Positions 1 through 10,218 of a stretch of 64,000 bases of DNA are shown here, one piece after another. This DNA is from Paraphysomonas bandaiensis (Eukaryota; Protista; Chrysophyceae). Location of the stretch: the NCBI GenBank assembly GCA_965644295.1, contig CBFFRP010000182.1, positions 248,001-312,000 of the forward strand, given 5' to 3'. Made by a program: the position numbers and the translations under genes. A model generated the notes under the pieces. That model saw nothing but the letters and a program-made list of their open reading frames with translations, did no database searches and was not told the origin of the DNA. Positions within the stretch are counted from its first letter, which is position 1, and every line of letters begins with the position of its first letter.

Positions 1-72
1 AAGCAATATAGCATATAGTTTGCTTTTCTTCCAACATTGGTGTAAGCACAATTTCATGCCTATTTATAATGG

Positions 73-1929
73 CTATCCCGGAGAAGTTGTGGGCATCCCG
101 TGAGCCCGCATTCTATCTTCAAGCTCGGCTTTAACCACTTCCACCTCATGAGGTTTGAACACAATATGCTCGTGATCAAAAGAACCCACTCGTCTGCGAA
201 GATGGGAATGCTCATACTCATCTGCATCGATACCATCACGCTCCATTACTTTTCGTTTAGCTCGTTTAGGAACCCTACCCCTCAAAAAATGTCCACGACG
301 TAGCACATTGTCAAGTTCCATGTCCCGGATAATGTCATCCATTGTCTTACCATTATAGTACTCTATCTTAGAGTTTCGATCATGAAGAATGTCATCTCGT
401 ATCCTCAGAAGCGCCTTGCTCCAAATAGCCATCAATATCATAATATCATTACTTGATGGCAAGATTTCATCTACATCAAAGCGGTCATCATTGGCCTTTA
501 CTCTTGATTCGGTGGATGGACGACAACATGCATTAACAAGGTCCGTCACTCTTCTCATAATTTTTTTTAAAGTTTTCTCGTTGCTATCAGATTTACGAAT
601 TACATGATCATGTGCTACGTATTTCTTCATGATTCTTTCAGGAATAAAATAGTTCTTACATATACGCGATAGAATTATTCGATTATCCTTCTTATTATGT
701 TTGAAGAGCTTAAGCGCAGTCCATTTCTCTGTTGTGATTTCAGCGCGGAGAGATTGGAAATGCGTCGACATGGCATCGATGTCCTCATCATCGATACGTT
801 GTATTTTGTCCTTACTTTTTCTTTTAAGAGAGTGACCGTTTTCTCCTCGTTCCCCGTTTGCTGTATTCTGATTTCTGTAGCCGGGTTTATAGATGTCAGA
901 ATATTTAGGCTTGCTGTCGTTGATGTTACAAGGTTGACCGTTTACTCCGCCTTCCGATTTTTCTGAAGCCTGTATGTCGTGAGCCCGCATTCTATTTTCA
1001 AGCTCGGCTTTAACCACTTCCACCTCATGAGGCTTAAACAGAATATGCTCGTGATCGAAAGAACCCACTCGTCTGCGAAGATGGGAACGCTTATACTCAT
1101 CCGCATCGATACCATCAAGCTCCATTATTTTTCGTTTAGCTCGTTTAGGAACCCTACCCCTCAAATAATGTCCACGAGGTAGCACATGGTCAAGTTCCAT
1201 GTCCCGGATAATGTCATCCATTGTCTTACCATCATAGTGCTCAATACTAGAGTTTCGATCATGAAGAATGTCATCTCGCATCTTCAGAAGCGCCTTGCTC
1301 CAAATAGCCATCAATATCATAATACCATTATTTGATGGCAAGATTTCATCTACATCGAAGCGGTCATCATTGGCCTTTACTCTTGATTCGGCGAATGGAC
1401 GACAACATGCATTAATAAGGTCCGTTACTCTTTTCTTAATTTTTTTTAAAGTTTTCTCGTTGCTATCACACATACGAATATCATGTTGTGTTGGTGTTTC
1501 TATTCGTGTTAAGTATTTCTTCATGATAACCTTAGGAATAAAATTTTTCTTGCATTTAGCCTTCAGAATTATTCGATTTTTCCCATCATGTCTGAAGAGA
1601 TGATCTTTTTTCCATTGCGTTGTTGTGATATCAGTGCGGAGCTTGTTAAAATGAGTGCACACGAGATCGATGTCCTCATCCTCGATATGACACACTGTAC
1701 AGAAGAAAGATTCGGTATTGACGTCCCACCTATAGTCAGGAACATCTTGTATGCTATTGTTATACCCTTTACAGACGCTAGTGGGAAAATCATGCATCTC
1801 ATTCGAAGAAGCACTCATGGAGCCATCACCGTTAATACTAGAGCGATAGTCATAAGCAAGATCAGAGTCAAAGTCAAACTCAGAGTCAAAGTCAAACTCA
1901 GATGCGGCATTAAAGTTCCTATCAGCCAT
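73..1929 (-). CDS. Family-X protein, copy A: intronless, two tandem ~240-aa domains ending in a His-Me-finger-like motif; function unknown
   Basis: ORF 73..1950 (first ATG at 1929). Internal duplication with 879-bp spacing. Each repeat carries KRVTDL.NACCRP, IMILMAIWSKALL and SHLRRRVGSFDHEHI.FKPHEVE. Paralogs at 12949-15003, 23201-23938 and ~9945-10055. Confidence 0.85.
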   Translation of the reverse strand: MADRNFNAASEFDFDSEFDFDSDLAYDYRSSINGDGSMSASSNEMHDFPTSVCKGYNNSIQDVPDYRWDVNTESFFCTVCHIEDEDIDLVCTHFNKLRTDITTTQWKKDHLFRHDGKNRIILKAKCKKNFIPKVIMKKYLTRIETPTQHDIRMCDSNEKTLKKIKKRVTDLINACCRPFAESRVKANDDRFDVDEILPSNNGIMILMAIWSKALLKMRDDILHDRNSSIEHYDGKTMDDIIRDMELDHVLPRGHYLRGRVPKRAKRKIMELDGIDADEYKRSHLRRRVGSFDHEHILFKPHEVEVVKAELENRMRAHDIQASEKSEGGVNGQPCNINDSKPKYSDIYKPGYRNQNTANGERGENGHSLKRKSKDKIQRIDDEDIDAMSTHFQSLRAEITTEKWTALKLFKHNKKDNRIILSRICKNYFIPERIMKKYVAHDHVIRKSDSNEKTLKKIMRRVTDLVNACCRPSTESRVKANDDRFDVDEILPSSNDIMILMAIWSKALLRIRDDILHDRNSKIEYYNGKTMDDIIRDMELDNVLRRGHFLRGRVPKRAKRKVMERDGIDADEYEHSHLRRRVGSFDHEHIVFKPHEVEVVKAELEDRMRAHGMPTTSPG

Positions 1930-3231
1930 TGCTCGTAAAGTTATCGTCAATCTGTGAATGAAGCGTATGGTAGTTCAAGAACTAGCTTGTGTCTGTGTTA
2001 GTATACTGCAGAGTGCTGATTGCTGCAGAGATATGTGCATATACCATACTACGAAGTACAAGTGGGACTGTCCACTTTTTGGGTGATTCTCTGGCTCGAT
2101 CCTTCCTTAACATACTATGCATATAGCAGAGGGGTAGCTGGATATCCGGATATCTATTACTTATATAGTCCAAATCTTCCAAATTCAGAAACTTTTAGAG
2201 CTAAAAATAGGATTTTGTAAACCGATAAAAATCAAAATCTATAATCTAAAAAGTCATGAAAAATAGATGATTTTAAGTCTACTTTTATGATATAAATAAC
2301 TTACTTTTTTTCAACACTTCATGTTAAATACTGTGCTTTTCAACATCTCATAGTATATAATACATACTCTGTACATGCACATAGCTACAGTATATGTATA
2401 TATACTCACGTCATATGTCATATAAACAAACTCACCGCATCGTATGCTCTCTCCATATATTGAATACCTCCTTAGTCCAGACTCTTGCCATACACCTTGT
2501 TTGCTTTACAGCTCCACAATCCAGAGCATTGATATTACGCTCTTTACCTGTCTTAACTCCTGCTCATCTTTTATATTCGGGCCCTCATCTTGAATATGCA
2601 ACTCGCAGATGTACTGAGTTGTATAGATCCATAATTCTGCTTATAACTTGAGCTATTTCTCTTCAGGATATACCAGCATCATCTGAAGATCTCTACTCAC
2701 GCTGTTCTGAGGATGCAATGTTTCGGCATTAAAATTTAGTGGTAAAACATCGAACTCATCGGCAGTAAACTTTAATTCAGCAACTGTTCGTCCAAGCAAA
2801 GCATAACCATCCTCCTCGACCGACATGTAGCAAACATGAGCTGAGTTTTGCCAACTGACTGACCTGCTCGTAAACATACTTGTGTTTTCCTGGGACCATC
2901 AATACGAAAATCCTATGTAGATTCAGCAAACCTCCTATTGCTATGCAAGTATAATGTAGATCGTAGAAAGAAAACGCCGGGGTTTTATAACAATCAAAAC
3001 GTTAGTACGGCTAACATACTACTACCAACCAGGTAATTTTATCCATCCGCTTACGACACCGGTTCTCTAAGAGAGATTCGGAAACACGAGTCTGAGCTTT
3101 TAGCTATTCCAATGTGTCAAAATGGCCGTGGCGATCGGCATGTATTGTTCTCACAAGTTTTACAACGAAGCTTTCGCAGCCATTTTAGCGCTTCTAAATT
3201 ACTATAGCGAGCCTCAATCGTATTTTAGCGC

Positions 3232-3618
3232 TTGGCAGGCAATGAGAGAAGAGCAGTTAGGCATCTGCAACTGTATTCATCCATTGATGTTGGTGCACCC
3301 GATAGAAATAAAGAGAGTGAAGGAACTGTTTTTGCACAGCGCGTTCTGGACAGCGCCGAGGTCACCAAGAGAGCTCGACTTGGTATCTATGACTTCAACT
3401 ACCGCTGCTTGCTTCATATTGAAGCACAATCTAATGTTGTTGAGAGGCTCTTTAGTCGTGCAAAGTTGATTATACCGCCGGAGCGTAGAAACATGAATTT
3501 TTTTCGTCTAGAATCGTTGCTATTCCTACAGCCAATTACATGTTGTGGGATGCTTATACCCTCCATGAAGCCCTGCATGATGTTAGAATTAGAAGTTCAA
3601 CTTAGTGAGAAAGCTTAG
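3232..3618 (+). pseudogene. hAT transposase C-terminal (dimerisation domain) remnant
   Basis: LLHIEAQSNVVERLFSRAKLIIPPERRNMNFFRLESLLFL matches the hAT dimerisation consensus (S..VER.FS....L...R.....E.LLFL). The rest of the transposase is missing or degenerate. Confidence 0.75.
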
Positions 3619-3677
3619 ATATACAGTTTAAGAAGAAAATCATAGATTATAAGAGATATCATTCACCAACTCGGTGT

Positions 3678-3970
3678 TGTTGAGATCTGAAGATTCTATA
3701 TACTTGCAATTGAGTGCAGTATTATGTGAGATGCAAGGATCGAAAGATATATATGTAATTAGTACATTATATTATGTAGTATGAAACTGAAGTAGAAGTG
3801 GATGACTATACAGGATACGATCACTGAGTGTGTGGTTTGTACACTATAGTAGTAAATGAATGGTGTTGAACACATCGAACACAACTTAGGTTCTTTATCA
3901 TGTAATGTTTATAATTTCATCTTATCAGTTGAGAATAGTAAACCTTAGCAAATAATGTCAACTTCTGTTA
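3678..3970 (+). repeat. 5' LTR of copia family 1 (TG...TA termini)
   Basis: Exact match to 8678-8970; begins TGTTGAGATC and ends ACTTCTGTTA. Confidence 0.97.
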
Positions 3971-6228
3971 TGGTAGCGAATGCTAGTTGTAGGGATGGGG
4001 AAGATGACAAGAAGCTACGGTTTGACAAGAACCAAGCAGACTATTCAGCGAGAAAAATCAAGATGCATCTAATGAAGAAAAACCGAAACCATCTTGGCTT
4101 GGAGGACCCGCCAGCCGGAGGAAGGAATTTAGAGTCATGGAGAGAGCGTAATGATACCTGTGTTAGTACTATTTGGGAGGCTTGCGAGCATGACCCTGAT
4201 GTGTTGGAGGTAGCCAATCAATATTTGGAGGGGAAGGCAATTTTACCTGCTGATGATCCTGCTAAGGAGGTGTTATCCAGTGAGCTCCTTCAGACACTGG
4301 TTGATAGGTTCAGAGGCGAGATTGGGACTGTATTGGAGAAGACTACGGCAGAATACCATTCGTTCAAAATAAGGCCGGGGGAAAAGGTGTCTGTTGGGGT
4401 AGATCGACTGAACGGTATAATCCAGAAGCTCATAAAATTGGGACAACCGCAGACAGAGGCAAGTAAATTAGCAAAGATAAAAGCAGCGCTGCAGATAGAG
4501 GAATTACATGATTTATGGATGTCGGTAGCGATGATGCCTAAAGCAACAACTACATTTGATTCGGTGAAAGAGGCTTGTGAAGAGTATGACGAGGCTATGA
4601 CGCAGCTGAAGAAACTAAAGGGAGACAAATCTGAAGAGATCAATTTTACGGCGTCGAAGGAGCCAGTGGTTTGTTCATTTTGTCGGAAGAAGGGACATGT
4701 AGCAGCGAATTGTTATGCTAAGGAACGACAAAGAAAAATGGATAAGTTCAAAAGAAAAGGGAAGACAAAGGAAAAGGCTTCGAAGAGTGTGCAGCAGCCA
4801 GGATCAAAGGATTATACTGGTTGTCATATCTGTGGAGATTTTAGTCATAAAGCCCGACAGTGCAAGTCGAAAAAACGGAAGAACATAAAAAACCCGGATA
4901 ATGAGAATCCTCGAAAATCGAACAGGAAATTCGAGACAGAATGGAAGAAATACGTCAACGACGGAGAGTCGTCGGATGATGAAGCGAATATGTTTGGAGA
5001 AGAGGTTTTGCTATCGGTGGATACGTCGGAAGAACCTCGTGTATATCTGGACAGTTGTGCAAGTAAAAGACTGTTTATAGTAAAGGATAAAATTGCACTG
5101 GAGTCATTTACTCCTGAGTTTGGGGCAATCCAACTAACTAGAAAGGGTTCTCAATTGGAGACACAGGGAACTGGTACATTCGGGGAATGGAGAGACATCA
5201 GAGTTAGTGAAGAAGCGGTGAAGAACATTGTGTCAGGAGGAATGCTGAGATCAATGGGATACGGATTACAACTGCTTCGAAAGCCTAAAATCGTGGAATT
5301 GGACTCTGGAAACGAGGTGTTGACTGGAGAGTACGATGAGCATGGAGGAATGCCGTATGTGGACTTGATGGAGGTGTTAAATCTGCCAAATGTGTCTATG
5401 TGCAATCAGATGGAGGAGGTAAATTTGTCGGATAATACAGGACAAGATGCGTTGGATCGCTTACATGAGCGTACTGGACATGTCTCGAAATCGAAGTTAA
5501 TAGAAGCTCACCGACACATGTTATTCAGAGGATCAGGACTACAACGACATCACCTTTCGAAGGCAAAGGAGAAGAGTTGCAAGAAACCCCTGTGTAAATG
5601 GTGTGCCAAGGCGAAGATAACCAGGCATTCGTTCAAATCACGGGACAACGAAGAGCTAAGCGCAGTCAGGTTCCTGGAAAGAGTAACAGCGGACATCTCC
5701 GTCTATCTCAATTGTGAATCCAGACAAGGGTATAAGTACGTGCTCCTATTTACGGACTTAGCAACAAAGATGATATGGGAATATGGATTGAGGACTCGAA
5801 GCGGAGAGGAGGTGTTCAAATGTCTACGACACTTGTGCGAGGTCCACTTAGTGAAGTACGAGGGGTGGAACCGTATAGTGGAGTATCATGCCGATGGAGG
5901 ATCCGAACTTATTAGTCAGCAGATAAGAGAGTATCTGTTGCAGCGATATGGGACTCGGGTGTCACATACAACACGAGACACGCCAGAGCTCAACGCGGTG
6001 TCTGAGAGGAAATTCCGAACAATTGGGGAGATGACACTGACGATGTTGACGGCATCTGGACTTCCAAAGTCGTTCTGGTTTGATGCTTATCAAACTGCAT
6101 GTTACATTGTGCGACGAATGCCAACTCGGACGTGGCAAGGATGGATGTCTCCATATGAGTGTGTCCCAGGGGGAGCGTTCCCAGCCTATCGTGGCTACGG
6201 AAATGGGGGTGCAAAGCATATGTGCTAA
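3955..6228 (+). CDS. Copia Gag-protease-integrase (5' part of the polyprotein)
   Basis: Two zinc knuckles (CSFCRKKGHVAANC, CHICGDFSHKARQC), protease YLDSCAS, HHCC (H.RTGH...CKWC), DDE core (ADISV / HADGG / SERKF). Confidence 0.95.
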   Translation: MSTSVMVANASCRDGEDDKKLRFDKNQADYSARKIKMHLMKKNRNHLGLEDPPAGGRNLESWRERNDTCVSTIWEACEHDPDVLEVANQYLEGKAILPADDPAKEVLSSELLQTLVDRFRGEIGTVLEKTTAEYHSFKIRPGEKVSVGVDRLNGIIQKLIKLGQPQTEASKLAKIKAALQIEELHDLWMSVAMMPKATTTFDSVKEACEEYDEAMTQLKKLKGDKSEEINFTASKEPVVCSFCRKKGHVAANCYAKERQRKMDKFKRKGKTKEKASKSVQQPGSKDYTGCHICGDFSHKARQCKSKKRKNIKNPDNENPRKSNRKFETEWKKYVNDGESSDDEANMFGEEVLLSVDTSEEPRVYLDSCASKRLFIVKDKIALESFTPEFGAIQLTRKGSQLETQGTGTFGEWRDIRVSEEAVKNIVSGGMLRSMGYGLQLLRKPKIVELDSGNEVLTGEYDEHGGMPYVDLMEVLNLPNVSMCNQMEEVNLSDNTGQDALDRLHERTGHVSKSKLIEAHRHMLFRGSGLQRHHLSKAKEKSCKKPLCKWCAKAKITRHSFKSRDNEELSAVRFLERVTADISVYLNCESRQGYKYVLLFTDLATKMIWEYGLRTRSGEEVFKCLRHLCEVHLVKYEGWNRIVEYHADGGSELISQQIREYLLQRYGTRVSHTTRDTPELNAVSERKFRTIGEMTLTMLTASGLPKSFWFDAYQTACYIVRRMPTRTWQGWMSPYECVPGGAFPAYRGYGNGGAKHMC
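3971..3982 (+). promoter_or_regulatory. Primer-binding site (TGGTAGCG..., compatible with an initiator tRNA-Met 3' end)
   Basis: TGG directly after the 5' LTR. TGGTAGC is the complement of GCUACCA, typical of eukaryotic tRNAiMet. The host tRNA sequence was not available to check. Confidence 0.7.
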
Positions 6229-8552
6229 CACCCAAGGCCGACAGGAGGAAGGACTGGGAGGACAAAGCAATGACAGGTTATTTCATAGGGTATCCAGCTG
6301 ATCGAAAAGGATACAAGGTGCTAGTGGGGGACACCGTAGTACACTCTGTACATGTATTATTTGATGAATCGGTACCTGAGAGGTCTCAGGATTATTATAG
6401 AGAGCTGGAGGAGGCTCAAGTGGCTATAGATCCCGAGGCTCGTCAACCGGGTGAGTTTGAGTATCTTATCGGAAAGCACCATGAGGATGGTGGTCTGCTA
6501 TACAAGACTAACAGAGTGGTGATAAGGAAGGGACTTATTGTGGGATACCGGTCGTTGGTTACTGGTAACCAGGTTCAAGTGGAGGATAAAACTCCTATTC
6601 ATATTGCTGACATCAAGAAGATGACAGAGGATCTTGCGCAGAGGGTGGTTAGGGCCAGAGTTACTGACAACCGTGACGGCGGTATCAGCGGAGTGGTGCC
6701 ACAGCAGTCGGAAAGTGGGCAGGTGCAGCCCCAGGCTGACTCAGCATTACCTTCGGGGGAAGGGACCCCTGCCGAGAATCATCCGCACGGCAAACGCGCA
6801 AGAACTCCAAGGACGGTAACGAATGTGTCGGTGTTAGGACAAATCCATCATTTGAGTGATGAGAGTGATGTGAGTGACCTTTTACAGGAGGCAGACTCAG
6901 TGTGGATGTCAGCGGAAGAGTCGACAGTGCCTCAGACACATCGTGAGTCCTTGGAGAGTGCCGAGCACAGGGAGTGGAGACGAGCTCGCCGTGTAGAGCG
7001 AGAGGGTTTGGCGAAGCGAGATACCATGGAGGTGACTCGTATACCGGACGGAGTCGTCCCACTGCACTCCAAGTACGTCTATGGAAAGAAGTACGATAAG
7101 GAGGGAGAGGTCCGCCGATATAAGGCTCGTCTTGTAGCAATCGGTTGTGGACAGCAGTCGAGTGGTTGGGCGAACCATTTCGCACCCGTTGTTAAGGGGG
7201 TAACAGTGCGACTGTTAATCGCCATAGCTTTCGTGATGAACATGGTAATTCATCAACTGGATGTGTCTAACGCATTTCTATATGCAGATATAGAGGGGGA
7301 TGTATATATGAAGGCAACTCCGGACTTTCAGCTGCCTGAGGGGTACTGCTTTAAGTTGAAGAAGTCGTTATACGGGCTTCGGAGTTCCCCGCGGTCGTGG
7401 TGGAAAACATTGGATAAATTCATACGATCTATGCATTTTAAACCATGTGTATTAGACCCGTGTTTGTATTATCAGTATAAGGGCGATGAATTGATATTAT
7501 TAACGATATATGTGGATGATATCCTAGTGTTAGGTCGTGATGTCAACATAGTGAAGGATATTAAAGCTCAACTGTGTGCCCGGTTTGATATGAAGGATAT
7601 GGGCGAGATGGAACATTTTCTGAATGTTCGAGTCACAAGAACGCCAGAGTATATTCGTCTTGACCAATCAGTATATGCGGCTAAGATCTTAGAAAAGTTT
7701 GAAAAGTATCTTGGGTCACCGCGAAAGGTACGGAAGAGTCCTCTACCGGCGGAAGCAATGGATTTAGTGGCAAAAGGGGCGCGGCATGAGCATACCGAGG
7801 AGGAACAGCTTATAGTAGATAACTTCCCATATCGGCCGCTGATAGGTGCATTACTATATCTATCGATGAACACGAGGCCGGATATTGCCTATGCAGTGGG
7901 AGTACTGTCTCGGTTCAGTAATAAGGTGAATATTGAAGTATGCAAGCTATTAACACATGTATGGCAATATATTCGTGGTTCTATTGACAAAGGGATTCAA
8001 TATGGGAGTAGACGGTTCGACTTCCATATGTTTACTGACGCGGATTGGGCGGGAGATCAGCTCTCCAGGAAGTCCACGTCGGGGTACGTTGGGTTTGCAG
8101 CGGGAGGGCCTATAGTCTGGCAGTCCAAACTGCAGACGACAGTGGCAACGTCAAGCATGCAGTCTGAGTATCAGTGTATTTACTCGGGTCTCCAAGAAGT
8201 GCTATGGGTTCGGGGGGTGACGGGTGAGATTAAGTTGAGGCTCATCAAACCCACACCATTCTTCATCGACAGTCAGAGTGCCCAGGATTTGGCCGAAAAC
8301 CCAGTGTTTCACAAGAAGTCGAAGCACATTGAGATTAAGTATCACATGGTGAGAGAGCACGTGGATCCCAATCAGTTCAATACGATTAAGTTAGTGCATG
8401 TGCATACATCGCAACAAGCAGCAGATATTTATACAAAGTCATTGGTTGGTTTATCATATATGGAGCAGAGAAAGAGAAATCTTGGAGAGAAAGTTAAGAG
8501 TTCCACTGAAGTGATTAATGAGGGACCAAGGGATAAAAGAAGGCGCAAGTAG
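6159..8552 (+). CDS. Copia integrase C-terminus, reverse transcriptase and RNase H (3' part, after a -1 frame break at ~6169-6173)
   Basis: WGCKAY, GYFIGY, YKARLVA.G, QLDVSNAF, LKKSLYGL, IYVDD, DADWAG, KSKHIEIKYH, ADIYTK. Confidence 0.95.
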   Translation: MCPRGSVPSLSWLRKWGCKAYVLTPKADRRKDWEDKAMTGYFIGYPADRKGYKVLVGDTVVHSVHVLFDESVPERSQDYYRELEEAQVAIDPEARQPGEFEYLIGKHHEDGGLLYKTNRVVIRKGLIVGYRSLVTGNQVQVEDKTPIHIADIKKMTEDLAQRVVRARVTDNRDGGISGVVPQQSESGQVQPQADSALPSGEGTPAENHPHGKRARTPRTVTNVSVLGQIHHLSDESDVSDLLQEADSVWMSAEESTVPQTHRESLESAEHREWRRARRVEREGLAKRDTMEVTRIPDGVVPLHSKYVYGKKYDKEGEVRRYKARLVAIGCGQQSSGWANHFAPVVKGVTVRLLIAIAFVMNMVIHQLDVSNAFLYADIEGDVYMKATPDFQLPEGYCFKLKKSLYGLRSSPRSWWKTLDKFIRSMHFKPCVLDPCLYYQYKGDELILLTIYVDDILVLGRDVNIVKDIKAQLCARFDMKDMGEMEHFLNVRVTRTPEYIRLDQSVYAAKILEKFEKYLGSPRKVRKSPLPAEAMDLVAKGARHEHTEEEQLIVDNFPYRPLIGALLYLSMNTRPDIAYAVGVLSRFSNKVNIEVCKLLTHVWQYIRGSIDKGIQYGSRRFDFHMFTDADWAGDQLSRKSTSGYVGFAAGGPIVWQSKLQTTVATSSMQSEYQCIYSGLQEVLWVRGVTGEIKLRLIKPTPFFIDSQSAQDLAENPVFHKKSKHIEIKYHMVREHVDPNQFNTIKLVHVHTSQQAADIYTKSLVGLSYMEQRKRNLGEKVKSSTEVINEGPRDKRRRK

Positions 8553-8677
8553 GTACTGAGTTTTTTAGACAGAGGTTTAGACTTAGAGATGAGTCTATTT
8601 TACTGTCAAGAATTTTTTTTATCTCAGGCATTCAATAGCTGGGAGGCGTCATAGTACAACACTCAATTGAGGGGGAG

Positions 8678-8970
8678 TGTTGAGATCTGAAGATTCTATA
8701 TACTTGCAATTGAGTGCAGTATTATGTGAGATGCAAGGATCGAAAGATATATATGTAATTAGTACATTATATTATGTAGTATGAAACTGAAGTAGAAGTG
8801 GATGACTATACAGGATACGATCACTGAGTGTGTGGTTTGTACACTATAGTAGTAAATGAATGGTGTTGAACACATCGAACACAACTTAGGTTCTTTATCA
8901 TGTAATGTTTATAATTTCATCTTATCAGTTGAGAATAGTAAACCTTAGCAAATAATGTCAACTTCTGTTA
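8678..8970 (+). repeat. 3' LTR of copia family 1
   Basis: Preceded by the PPT, identical to the 5' LTR, followed by TSD GGTGT. Confidence 0.97.
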
Positions 8971-8975
8971 GGTGT

Positions 8976-9240
8976 ATCTCTACTACACCAATCATTTCTA
9001 GTACGATCTTACATCGTCACTATCTTTTACAGTCAATATATTTCAGTTTCAGTGCTGTAATAGCTATTATATCATAATACGGTTAGCTATTGTTATAGTT
9101 CTCATAATACGGTTAGCTACTACTGTATTCTTTGAGCAACGGTTGTATAATTAAAATATCTTAGAAACGACGAATTTAATTGCTCAAAAACAGCAAACTC
9201 AGCACAAGAAGATCCTGGCACCTGATGGGTCAGTGGAGAG
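8976..9240. repeat. Dispersed repeat, probably the 3' non-coding part of the hAT remnant split by the copia insertion; other copies at ~11481-11680 and ~21631-21897
   Basis: Shared sequence ATCTCTACTACACC...GATCTTACATCGTCACTAT...TTTAATTGCTC.AAACAGCAAAACTCA is visible at all three places. Confidence 0.75.
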
Positions 9241-9944
9241 CGAGAAGTAGTTACAATTCGTTGTCTGCTATTTAACTAAAAATTAGTAGTTAAGGGAGCA
9301 CTACACTAACTATTATGAGCGGTATTATCTACTTAGTAGGTACTAATTATTAATGGCCATTGTAATTACTGGGAACTCTAACTAGGTAATTTTAGCCACC
9401 CGCATACGACACATGTTCTCTAAGAGAGGTTTGGAAACACGCGTCTGAGCTTTTTTAGCTATTCCAATGTGTCAAAATGACCGTGGCGATCGGCATGCAT
9501 TGTTCTCACAAGTGGAGAGCGAGAAGTAGTTACAATTCGTTGTCTGCTATTTAACTAAAAGTTAGTAATTAAGGGAGCACTACACTAACTATTATGAGCG
9601 GTATTATCTACTTAGTAGGTAGTAATGGCCATTATAATTGCCGGGAACTGGACTATTAATGACCGCGTGACGATCAGCACAAGTTTTAATGATCAATTTA
9701 CAACGAATATTTCGCAGCCGTTTTACCATAGCGAGCCTCAATCGAAATTTGTAGTACAATTCCCTATTCCTTAACCATATTTCATTTAATGCACCTTGAA
9801 TACTTACGATATTTCAGTTTCAAGCAATAAAGATAGCATATAATATAATCTTCTTTCCAGACTACAACGTAAATTGTTTACCACAACAAGAAACAGCAGT
9901 TACACACTGCGTGATCAATTCCACTAATGGAATAAGCACTCAAT

Positions 9945-10218
9945 GGCTATACAAGAGGAGTCGCGGGTATCCTGCGAGCCCGCATTCTATCTTCAAGCTC
10001 GGCCTTAACCACTTCCACCTCATGAGGCTTAAACACGATATGCTCGTGTTCGAAAGGATCGACTTATATCACTCCATAGTGCGCCTACATAGTTTCCATA
10101 GTTTCTCTATTTATTTATGTGTTTGTAGATTGCTGATTGCTGCTGAGATGTGTGTGTATGTGATGGTTGTTTGTTTGGAGCGTCCATTTTTAGGATGATC
10201 CGATCCTCTGTCCACTTT
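9945..10218 (-). pseudogene. Family-X copy B, internally deleted (last ~35 codons joined directly to the 5' leader/promoter region)
   Basis: Encodes FEHEHIVFKPHEVEVVKAELEDRMRA... Its 3' flank (~9750-9945) and 5' flank (~10155-10218) match the flanks of copy D (~22998-23200 and ~23995-24060). Confidence 0.8.

Larger units (their letters stand above)
3678..8970 (+). mobile_element. Full-length Ty1/copia LTR retrotransposon (family 1), recent insertion
   Basis: Identical 293-bp LTRs at 3678-3970 and 8678-8970. 5-bp TSD GGTGT (3673-3677 and 8971-8975). PBS TGGTAGCG.. at 3971. PPT TTGAGGGGGAG at 8667-8677. Gag-PR-IN-RT-RH order. Confidence 0.98.

Noticed and set aside
1165-1200. ELDHVLP as a classical HNH 'DHIIP' motif in family X
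   Set aside because: The His is not conserved among copies (ELDNVLR, GCSRVLP) and no downstream N/H spacing fits; the invariant SHL motif is the better candidate.
2653-2877. Short ORF with a VAELKF motif, possibly a restriction-endonuclease-fold fragment
   Set aside because: Too short and lacking other motifs; cannot be supported.
6159-6228. Programmed ribosomal frameshift in copia family 1
   Set aside because: It falls within integrase, has no canonical slippery heptamer, and is explained by a 1-bp loss in a G run.
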